Origin: Amphiscolops sp. MND2022
Taxonomy: Eukaryota
Direction: 5' to 3'
NCBI GenBank assembly: GCA_964187785.1
Contig: OZ076416.1
Coordinates: 12,400,001 to 12,464,000 of the forward strand
Length of the DNA: 64,000 nucleotides
Shown here: piece by piece, positions 1 through 9,488 of the stretch
How the letters are laid out: every line of letters starts with the position of its first letter
How positions within the stretch are numbered: the stretch's first letter is position 1
The notes under the pieces: model-generated
Told to the model about the DNA's origin: nothing
Database searches by the model: none
Seen by the model: the letters and a program-made list of their open reading frames with translations, nothing else
Made by a program: the position numbers and the translations under genes

Positions 1-399
1 ATCAACATGTCAAAACCACCATGTGCTTTGTTTACATAGCCAATAACTTTAATAATTCACTTAAATGTCATTTTATTTATACCACATATTTCAACTGATA
101 TTTGTTCTATATTTACTGTAGAATTGTAAACGATATGTATACCATAATTAGATAGAGATTTTCTCCACTGAATAGCTATAGTCAAGTTGGGTCTCAGGAC
201 CGCAAGACTAATTAATCAACTTCTCAATCTTCACAACTTTTCGCTAGAGTTAGAGCGACTAAGTAGCTACTCTCATAGTTGGAGAGCCGGAGCGCGTGAA
301 GATACTGTGAGGGAAGTGTGTGTGCAGGATCACATCGGATCCAAATCAGTGCAAAGAGGAATCGAAGGAGATTCCACGGGTCACATCGGACCCATCAAG

Positions 400-1543
400 C
401 TAAAAGATACAGTCCTTTAAAACACGAAAAACCAGGAATTGTTTAGTGACGGTCCACAGTACTAAGCAACGGATCAGGGCGGCGTAAAGCTTGTCAAGCC
501 TCAGCGCAGGATAAGGGCAAGCAGCCGTTACATCCGGAATATCGCTAACTCCAGAGATGTCCTGAGCAGTACAATCATCAGAATCTACAAACAAAATAGA
601 TCCATACTCAAACTGCCAGCACCACTCTCTAAGTTATGGTTACAAGAAAGAGAAATCTTTATTACCGCTCACAGTCAGCTGAGCAAGCTGCAAGTTAGCC
701 GTCTGGACGCGCACTTGCCGTTTTTTCTTGCCAGAAGACCCTGTCCCAGTTCTTTCAGCAGCAGTAGACGCGACTATAACATCAATATATTATACCAACG
801 AAGGTACAATCGTCAGAAGAAGAGAGGAAAGAGAAGAGAAAAATGAAACAACAAAACTACCACACAATATAGAAACCAAGATGATACTTCAATCTTACCT
901 CTTTTCCGCGATTCTGATTGCGCTAGGGCAGCACAAGTGTTCCCAAAACCCGGCAAGAAAGATGACAACCGAGGAGATCTGGAGGTCTGACTAAGGATCC
1001 CAGCTCTTGGAGTTGTCGCTCCGAAAACGTCATCACCGCCCGCGGGGGGGGGGGATGTCATCTCGCCTCCGCAAGAAGAACCAACAGGTGGCTCAGGAAG
1101 AGTAACGCCAGGTTTTGACCCCGACACGTCATGAGCCTCAGCACTACGAGAGACAGGAACAGAAGAAACACAGGGGGTACAAGCTGGACCCACAGAAGGG
1201 GTCACACTAGTGTTGACCGCAGGAGTGTCGTCCAAACCTACGTCAGGAGGAGTAGGAGGAGGAGGAGGTACCACCTTGGGCTCTGAAAGAAAAGTATAAT
1301 CCCAACATCGACGCGTCAAGAAAAACTAAACTGTGAAGATATGAAACAGAAAAGGCCTATCTGGAAGTAGTATCATTCACTAAAGCCTAATGGATCAGGG
1401 AATAAAAAGTACAAACTAACTGCCCGCGAACGGACGTTGTCCGCGTCACTGTGACGCATATCTCCCTCCGAGAACACGTATTGAGTTTCATGATCACTCT
1501 GGGCCCCAAGATCAACAACAGAAGCAATAGGACGGGAGTCCAT
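400..1543 (-). CDS. Predicted 4-exon antisense accessory gene (~280 aa) upstream of the 3' LTR; Pro/Ser/Thr-rich centre, basic GKKKRQ motif, Cys-containing C-terminus
   Basis: Exons 1543-1421 (MDSRPIASVV...VRSRA), 1325-899, 773-666, 584-400. They are joined by GT-AG introns of 95, 125 and 81 nt with matching phases 0/1/1, total 843 nt, no internal stop. Track ORFs 813..1319 and 400..594 are exons 2 and 4. The final exon boundary is uncertain. Confidence 0.6.
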
Positions 1544-1580
1544 CCAGAAACAGCTGAGAATCTGAAAACAAACCCAAAAA

Positions 1581-1889
1581 TGACGTCATCATAACGGTGA
1601 CAAAAACTAAAAAGTTGGTTGAGAACAAACAAAAATGACGTCGGCAAAACGTCGACACTGGAAAGTTGACTAAATATCAACGAAATTGACGTCGGCATAA
1701 CGTCGGCAAAAAGGTTATTAGGGTTGAGAAATCGATCCCATAACCAATTATGACGTCATCATAACGGTGACAAAAACAAAAGTTAGCTAAAGCTAGCGAA
1801 AATGACGTCAGCATAACGTTGACAAATTTGGCTGAACGAAACAATTTAATTTGCAGCCAATAAAGAGTGACGTTGGCATTTCGTCAACA
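1581..1889. promoter_or_regulatory. Six-copy array of a 22-bp double-ACGT (CRE-like) motif, putative bidirectional promoter/enhancer
   Basis: Approximate consensus TGACGTCRKCATAACGKYGACA at 1581, 1636, 1687, 1751, 1803 and 1868, lying between two divergent ORFs. CCAAT boxes follow near 1857 and 1925. Confidence 0.55.
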
Positions 1890-2051
1890 CCTGATGAATA
1901 AAATTGATTAAAATGATTGCTCGACCAATCAGAATTGAAGGATTTATCCCAATATTCTCCCTAATCCTAATTAACATCAAATTCATTGTGGAAGGACCTA
2001 AGAAGAAATTCAGCAGCCCTGTAAAATACGACTCAACAACGAAGACGCAAA

Positions 2052-2726
2052 ATGAACTCTCTCAAAAATGTCTATGAGTTAATTGAAGAAACAAGTGAAG
2101 ACGAAGGCGACTTCGGGGAAAGATCTTCAAACCCTCTTCCCAGAGAGGAAATGCCAAATTACAGGGTGATTCTGGGAAATTCCCTCTCCCCAGCAGAAGC
2201 TGTAGCTGACGAGGAAGAATACTTTGATGTGTCAGCAGACTCGCTTGAAGCAAGCTACCAAAGAATAAAACTGAATTCGAGTCTGTCATCCATCGATTCA
2301 AACTCTCCCCCACAACAAGGAGAAAACGACGAAGCTCAAACGAATGAAGAAATTCCAGACAGCCCTGAAAGCCCCGACGAAAGCATGTCGTCAGATGTGT
2401 TCGTAGTAGAAGAAGCCATCTGTAACGGAGGGTCAATCTCAAGCTGCAAGGTTGCAGAATACCTCGAAAAAGTACACCAAGAAGATTCCTCATCATACTT
2501 CGTCACGCCACTAGGAACCCCCAGGAAGATCAACTTCGCTCCTGCGAGCCCACTAAACGATCTCGAAGTGAGACGCAGCTTTGACGACTCGGAAGATAAC
2601 GAAACGAGATTTCCTCCACAAATGTTTTTGCCACGACGGGAACGTACAACAAACAGATCTAAAATAGAAAATACATTGAGATGGCACGCCGAAACATTTA
2701 CGCCTTTTCTAAGAAAGGCAACTTAA
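2052..2726 (+). CDS. Acidic, Ser/Pro-rich 224-aa ORF of unknown function, probable retroelement accessory ORF
   Basis: ATG-to-TAA ORF with strong Asp/Glu/Ser bias and several S/TP sites (TPLGTPRK, SP). It ends ~520 nt upstream of the PPT/LTR. Confidence 0.6.
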   Translation: MNSLKNVYELIEETSEDEGDFGERSSNPLPREEMPNYRVILGNSLSPAEAVADEEEYFDVSADSLEASYQRIKLNSSLSSIDSNSPPQQGENDEAQTNEEIPDSPESPDESMSSDVFVVEEAICNGGSISSCKVAEYLEKVHQEDSSSYFVTPLGTPRKINFAPASPLNDLEVRRSFDDSEDNETRFPPQMFLPRRERTTNRSKIENTLRWHAETFTPFLRKAT

Positions 2727-3234
2727 TTGCGCTTTGAACAGCAATTAATGCAGAAAAGGACGGTACCGCGTCGCTGAGCAAACAAATATTAAAAGGTACA
2801 TGCAAATATTACTATAATCGTGACGTCAGCACTCCGCCGCTAACTAGTTAACGAGGTAGAAAGTATTCCAAATCAGATGTCAGTGTGACGTCACAGCTAT
2901 AACAGCTAGCTAGATTTCACTCCAAATTTACGTCAAAGCTACGTCCAATACCAGCGGATTAAGGCTAATGCTAATACGTACGTCCGCGTTACGTCCAAAA
3001 TCCATCAAAGTAGCTGTTTTAGTCCATTCAGGATAGTGAAAAGAAAATCGGTATTACAGATTTGTCGGAAAGGATGCGTTTAAGGATAATACCAAGTTCA
3101 ACAAAGATAAGAACAAAACCTAATAGATTACGTCCAGGACTCGTCGACTTGAATACTAGTTGATTAAAATCACGTTACAAAATAACCTGATTAGAGTTTT
3201 ATTACTCTTTATGTATAATGTCACAGTTTATTCT

Positions 3235-3245
3235 AGGAGAGAAGG
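3235..3245 (+). promoter_or_regulatory. Polypurine tract
   Basis: AGGAGAGAAGG lies 1 nt before TGTCA at 3247. Confidence 0.65.
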
Positions 3246-3246
3246 C

Positions 3247-4742
3247 TGTCACTGTAGATTTTGTATTAACTGTTACAGTCCTTGGATGCTATTTGAACAA
3301 CTTGACGTCATTCGGACGTGTTTGTGCAGCAGTGAAATATGAACTGGAAAGAGCTATATTTTTAATAACATAATCATATTTTCCTAATGCTTTGTCTACA
3401 TTTGTATCTTTTCACTATATCTATGTTCATTGTTGCCTCAATTGTACGCGAAAACCACGTTTGAATACCCTAGCATTTGTAACTATCATTGTAACAATTT
3501 GTGTTGTTCCGTTGACTTAAATTGACGATGTCAGGACGTTAACTCATAATTTCGTGATTTTATGAAGTTTAATTGTGAGGTTTTGTGCGCTTTGAATTGC
3601 ATGATTATCACGTCATATTTCCATAACCTTTTAGACAATTTTGTAATAGCCAAGTGTTGCAGTTAAATCGGTTTAGTACTCTAATGTAAACGTTAATGCT
3701 TCGTTGACTTGTTCTAATTAATTAATAACCATCTAAATTGAGTTCAATTTAGAAATTGTTGCTAATCCTATAACTTTCGTTTCCACTTTTCCTAACATCA
3801 TTGGAAATTTTAAGGCTGAAAACATTAGTCATACCAGTTTTCCCAAGTTAAAATTCAAAATCAAGCATTAGTTGTTCACGTCAGCGTCACCTCAGCGTCA
3901 ATTTCTAACGAACCAAAGCAGAAAAACGGGGAAGTATTTCCGGTTTGACAGACTGAAGTAATATCTACTTCCTGCTTGGGAGGAAATAAAAAGGACGCCG
4001 GGATGAAATGATATGGTTATGCTTGATGACTAAAATAAGATGAAGATCATCGTGTCTCAAAAATTGACGAAAATTCGACGTAAAATTGGAAACAAATGAG
4101 TTTTTCACCGAAAATACAGGAAATGACTAATTGTTCGAAGGAACTTAGGATTTTAACTCGTGATCAAATGATGCTAGGAGGGTATATATACGATGATTTT
4201 AGTTGGCTGAGAAACTCAGTCTTTTGTAATTGTGTGATTCAGTTGAATTTTCAATTTCGCCAAACTCTAATTTTCTACCTAATCCTGTTTGAAAATATCT
4301 CTGAAAGAAATCCAATTCTTCAAGATAAAACTTTTCTACAGCAAAATGTCAACAACAAGAAGCCAGAAAAGAAGGAATGATCAGCAAGAAGGCGATAGAA
4401 ACGTAAGGGAAGGTTTTGTTTCGCCGATAGTAATGGAGGTTCCTTGCTCCTCAAACCAGGACGTAGAAGTGAAGGGCCCATCTAAGCCAAAATCGCCTCG
4501 GATTGAAAATAGCCTCTTGGAGAATCTAAGGGCATCTTTGAAGGAGGAAATAACTTCTGAGATTAGGAATCTCCTCATTGAGTCCCAAAAGGAGATGTTG
4601 GAACTCTTCAAGCCTAAAACAAGAAAGAACGCTAAAGATAACTTTGATGAGGAAACGGAAAACGAAACTAGGAACTTTTATACTCCGACAAAATCAGTCA
4701 GGATAAATTCTACACAAAACGACCCGAACACTAGTCGTAACA
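3247..4742 (+). mobile_element. ~1.5-kb 3' LTR of an LTR retrotransposon whose 5' part lies left of the window
   Basis: Starts TGTCAC directly after the PPT and ends ...GTCGTAACA. CpG/ACGT-rich relative to flanks. Composition reverts to host-like after 4742. The TSD cannot be tested because the other end is outside the window. Confidence 0.65.
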
Positions 4743-4792
4743 AGAAGAATTTGGTCGCCGATCATAAAAGTTTTGGGCTTTGTCTTATTTGA
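4346..4792 (+). CDS. LTR-encoded ORF (MSTTRSQKRR...), probable Gag N-terminus, reading out into flanking DNA
   Basis: ATG at 4346 inside the LTR. The frame stays open to the LTR end (NDPNTSRN, 132 codons) and continues 16 codons into the flank. Contains a coiled-coil-like segment, SLKEEITSEIRNLLIESQKEML. Confidence 0.45.
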   Translation: MSTTRSQKRRNDQQEGDRNVREGFVSPIVMEVPCSSNQDVEVKGPSKPKSPRIENSLLENLRASLKEEITSEIRNLLIESQKEMLELFKPKTRKNAKDNFDEETENETRNFYTPTKSVRINSTQNDPNTSRNKKNLVADHKSFGLCLI

Positions 4793-5523
4793 AAATTAAT
4801 TTCTTTTAGTTTCGTTTCTTTCTTCACCTTCGGCATGAGTTCAACTTTCGTGGGCGAGCTTCGACTGAAATTCTGATTAGAAGCAATGTTTAAGCGAGTG
4901 TGAACAAATGGAAACATAATAAAAAGAGTTCTTATCACGATCAAATTAGATGCGAAAGTGGGAACAATTTCTTAGAAAAATATTCTGATTGAAAGCAGTG
5001 ATTGCCTTCAAAAAAACTAAAATATGATCATAATAATACTGGAATTCGAAGTCTAGTGATTGAAACACTCAGTTTTGAAAACAAAAACAAAACACCTACT
5101 GAGTTTTTGATTAAATTATCACAGGTCGCATTGAACTAGAAATTGCTTTCAGTTACACAAAAATAAGAAAAAGCAAATTCGGCTCAATTTTAAATCTTCA
5201 TGAACAACCAACGACAGTTCGCATTCGGAATTCCAGTGAAAACACATTCACAATTTTTCGCTCGCAGTTTCTTTTTTTTTAAACCAAAATTGGTTGGTTT
5301 ATTCCGTACAAAGTACCATGTTTTTGACCACCGAATCGGTCGCAAACAACTTGTCTGATAAATTCAGTGTTGAATATTTTGCATCACTCAGATATTCAAT
5401 TGACATCAAGATAATTTCATGAGACAAATTACCTAAGAAATTGTTCACGTTACCTTCGATTAAAATTCTTTTGTTTTGCTCAACGCTAAGTAAACTGTAA
5501 TCATTCATTTTACATAGAAATCA

Positions 5524-6028
5524 CCCGGGTTGATCATCTATATCTTACTGAGATCTTGCGAAGATCTTGGGACAATCTTGGCTAAGATCTTGCAAATATC
5601 TTGCCATGTTACAGAACTTGCCATGGTAAGATCTCATCAAAACAGGCATGTTTCCAAGAAAATGCTACGAAGAAGCACAAATGACAAGAACAACTGTACC
5701 AATAACTTTGTTTTAGTGAGAAAAAGCAGCATCAGAAAAAGTCATATATAAATTATGAATGGTTTACGAAAATGTAATCTAAAATTCTCTCAAATTTTGA
5801 TTTTACTAGGAAAAATGGCCATTTTTATAACCACTTCTTGGTTCAACCAGCAAGAAACTTTTTTGATCACGGTGTGTGACCTCTTGCCATATTTGAGCCT
5901 GTTTGTCTTTATTATTAATAAAACACAAATACTCGAAACTTTTCTCAACTTTCTCTGTCGAGATTTAGTGAGAACTTGGCACGACCTTGCCATGGCAGAC
6001 TAAATGGGATTAAGGTGGTCGACCCGGG
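5524..6028. mobile_element. Non-autonomous CCC-ended TIR element (CMC/EnSpm-like MITE)
   Basis: TIR CCCGGGTTGATCATC / GGTGGTCGACCCGGG, subterminal ATCTTG repeats, flanks CA/TA. Confidence 0.65.
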
Positions 6029-6569
6029 TATTTTTTGGAGCTTTGAATTTTCTCTCAGTTAAAACGAACCTTTTATAAGTTTATAACTGGCTTAACGAGT
6101 CATGATCAAAATAGTCGTGAACGTTTTATCATCGCTCCACATTTATGGTAATTTCCAGACAATTCTGGGTCAAATTAGGTCCGTTGATTCATTGAATCTA
6201 TTGATGTGGCGATAGCTAGACAACCGTCGCTAAGAGTTTATTACCCAAGTTTCAGTAACCTCTGATAAAACTACTTCAGAGCATTATTTTTCACACTCCA
6301 AACTAAACTTCATTGCATCTTTGGAAGATTTCTTTGATACTAAACGGAGCCAAGCAAATTCCGAAACTTATTTAAACAAAAATTCAAACATAAGGGCGAA
6401 CTAATAAACATTCAATGTTTAACCAGCTATCCTAGTGATTATTAGTGGATTTATAACTTACGGTTCGATTTGCTTTTACCAAAACTTGTTAGCTCAGTTG
6501 AACATTAAATTGCGCATTTGACAAAATTATTTTCTCGACAGTCCCATTTTTTTCTCAATCTAACCGAAT

Positions 6570-7110
6570 TTTTTAGTCGGCGCTTTTCGAAGAAAAACGC
6601 AGACTATAGTAGTGACTTCTTTTTTTTTTTAAGACCAACGAACTGACAGATTTTATAAATTTTATAAGTTGGTACTAAAACGACACTAACACTAAACTGT
6701 GTCACGCTACTTCACTGCCACCTGTCCACTACGGCTTTTTCGAGGTCTGACAAGCAGAATGACATGGGTTCGAGTCCCGCCATGACCAAAATTTTTTTGT
6801 GCAAATTTTTTTCGGCTTTGTGAGACTTTTTTCGCAAATATCTCCAAAGGGTCCACCCTTCATTTTTTTGTCTATTTTGCAAAAGAATGGATGTTAAAAA
6901 CTTGCAAAGAGCCCCATTTTACATGTTTCGGCACTATGCGACTTACGGGAGACCAAAATTTTTTTTAAAATTTCAAAAAAAAATCGGAATTTTTTTTTTC
7001 AATTTTTCCTCAAACGGGTACTGTAGAAGAGAATACTTGACACTTTGAAGTCCTTTTGTTATTTTTGAGCCTTAGATATGGCGCCGACTTGGGCCGTTCC
7101 CGGCTTGTTT
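6570..7110 (+). mobile_element. Helentron/HINE-like element, family 1, with internal tRNA-like cassette
   Basis: T-run followed by subTIR AGTCGGCGC (6575), inverted subTIR GCGCCGACT (7081), terminal hairpin GCCG-TTCC-CGGC (7093-7104), T-run end. A close copy lies at 60782-61328. Confidence 0.7.
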
Positions 7111-7353
7111 TTTTGAAAAATGCGTTATGCTCATAGAAAAATACCCCTGAGAGAGTAATCTTTATATCATTCCTGAGCAAAAAGACTTTTCGCAACAAAT
7201 ATGAATATTTTCTTTGAGAAAGTTTAATTTCGGGATAAAAATTTGAGCCAATCTTATTTGTCGAAGTTCATCACCTAGTTCATCTCAAATTTTAACTTCC
7301 AACTTTGTTGGATGTTAATTTTTGAAAAACGAATTGAATGAACATACGTTCTT

Positions 7354-8251
7354 CCCAGTGTTCGAAGCCATGGCATCCTTGCCAAGATCCATGGCAAGTT
7401 CCTTGGTAGCCTTGCCAAGATCTTGCCATGATCTTGCCATGATCTTGGCAAGGATGCCATGGCCATGCAAGATCGTGCAAAGGCTAACCATGATTAACCA
7501 TGATCTTGGCAAGGGTTCCATGGTAACATTAGCGAAATTTTTGGAAAATTCAGAGCTCTTATTTTCAAATTGTAACTAGTATCTAAAAATTTATTGGGAC
7601 CAAAAAACAGACATGTATAGGGTTAAACAGAAGAAAAATTGGTAGTCAAGACATTAAAGGGAAAATGTTTTTGCTCCGACCATTTTGAGTTTTTATTGCA
7701 TTCTCGAACTTCAGTAATTAGAACCCGTTACCTCAATAGATCAGGTAATATCATGATTTGCATAATTCTAAACAAATCCTAGCTAGAAAAGTTGGTTTTC
7801 ACACCGATATCGCAAACCCGCAAGTTGCAATAACTTGATTCGGAGTTTGCTTGGTATGATAAGTTATGTTAGTAGTAACAATGCCGTGCTCTCAAGTAAC
7901 AAAACTCGGTCAATAGGTGCAGCAAATTATTGAGAAAATTTTGGATAATTTTCAATTAAAAAACTATTTTCAATCAATAAATATTATGTCCAAAGTTATT
8001 ACAATGGCTATATCAAAAATTGCAGACGACAAAGAATTTTTGCGAAAAGAATAAATTATGCACAATTAATACCAGCTTACATGTCTTACCATGGTTATCT
8101 TGTCAAGATCTTGCCATGATCTTGCCATGATCTTGGCAAGCGTTCCATGTATCATGATTTGCCATGATCTTGACAAGGGTACCATGGTTAACCATGATTT
8201 AGCAAGATTAACCATGATCATGGCAAGCGTTCCATGGCTTGGAACACTGGG
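7354..8251. mobile_element. CMC/EnSpm-like MITE with CCATG/ATCTTG subterminal repeats
   Basis: TIR CCCAGTGTTC(G/C)AAGCCATGG, 2-bp TSD TT. A right-end fragment of the same family ends at 32799. Confidence 0.8.
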
Positions 8252-9033
8252 TTACCATATAAAATATACTTTGTGCAAACATCTTTCTAGCAAGATCACT
8301 GAATTTCATAAGAATCGTCGAATTTGCGTACTCTTAACATGCATGTTTTGAAAGCAGAGTCAGTTTCTCAAATTCGCAGTAAACTGATAAAGCCATGAAA
8401 GTACGGAATGAGGGTAGTCAGACTCCAAATGTTTGAGATGGACAAACAATCAGGAATCTTAGGCAGACTCAATGAAATTGACGCTTGATAAATCTGCGAC
8501 TAAATTCTGAAACATCAATCTGGGTACATTATCTGAGATACTGAAAGTAAAACCCGCAATCACTTATCAGTCCCATAAATAGGCTTAGTTGTGTTTTCCT
8601 TTCGAGTTCTGTTTGGAAATTTGGTTGAACATTTTCATGTAATTCTTTTTAAATCCGTGTAGAGAAATGATTCTGTGGAATTGATTCTCAATCAATCTCT
8701 GGAATCGGAAAATCGAGGTGCATTGAAACATTGTATAATTCATGCATGTATATTTCACACAATAACCACCGTTCAATTGGATCTATCTTTTTGGTCCGTA
8801 GCCTTGTCAATAGACAGCATAACGGAGTGACGGGAACTGTGACAAAAAACGTCCAGAAAATCACCTGCAACTTTTTTCAAAACTTGGAAAGTTAATTGGC
8901 GAAATTTGAAACTTAATGCAACTAATTCTACAAAAATAGGACTGTAGATTTACTTGAGTAGTGCTTTACAAAATGCACACGTTGTTCGGTCATAGTCACA
9001 TCTCCATTTGGTTCAGGTGAACAGTGCAAAACA

Positions 9034-9180
9034 AGCAGAGAATAAAGGAACTTAAATATTGATTGCGAAAAGTTCGTTAACTGATTTGTTAACTAGTCTA
9101 GATGCTGCAGCATCTAGACTAGTTAACAAATCAGATAACGAATTTTCGCAATTAATATTTATGTTCCTTTATTCTCCGCT
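9034..9180. repeat. 147-bp loopless imperfect palindrome with a perfect 54-bp core (9081-9134)
   Basis: Arms 9034-9107 and 9108-9180 are reverse complements with a few substitutions and one indel. Confidence 0.9.
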
Positions 9181-9182
9181 AA

Positions 9183-9246
9183 AGGTACGCAAAACCTAAA
9201 TAAATCATGATACATGTATCATGATTTATTTAGGTTTTGCGTACCT
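9183..9246. repeat. 64-bp perfect loopless palindrome
   Basis: AGGTACGCAAAACCTAAATAAATCATGATACA|TGTATCATGATTTATTTAGGTTTTGCGTACCT. Confidence 0.95.
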
Positions 9247-9269
9247 CCACCAAAGTTTCAAAAATACGA

Positions 9270-9488
9270 ACCTAGCAAAAAAACTTGCTAGACGTCTCGC
9301 AAGACCTTGCAGAACATGCATTTTCTTGCAAGACTTCTTGCAAGAATCTTGCAAGAATCTTGCAAGAAAGACATTGCACTTGCAAGAATCTAGCAAGCAA
9401 GACCGTAAACTTATTTGCAAGATTTTTCCAAAAAAATTCAACGTGAAAGTTTCGTGCAAGATTTACCAGAGATCACTACAATCCTGGG
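9270..9488. mobile_element. Fragment of a CCCAG-ended element with CTTGCAAG subterminal repeats
   Basis: Repeated (T)CTTGCAAGA units ending in CCTGGG. The left end is unclear. Confidence 0.45.

Noticed and set aside
627-665. 37- or 39-nt intron in the antisense accessory gene
   Set aside because: Very short, and the acceptor at 585 has a better pyrimidine tract and preserves the frame with an 81-nt intron.
5299-5508. 69-aa minus-strand ORF as a host exon
   Set aside because: No recognisable domain and no partner exons could be linked to it.
7275-8351. Met/Ala/Trp-rich ORFs
   Set aside because: Translations of CCATGG/ATCTTG subterminal repeats of a MITE.
9081-9134. HpaI-SpeI-XbaI-PstI string as vector polylinker contamination
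   Set aside because: The palindrome continues outward into diverged AT-rich arms continuous with genomic sequence, and there is no vector backbone.
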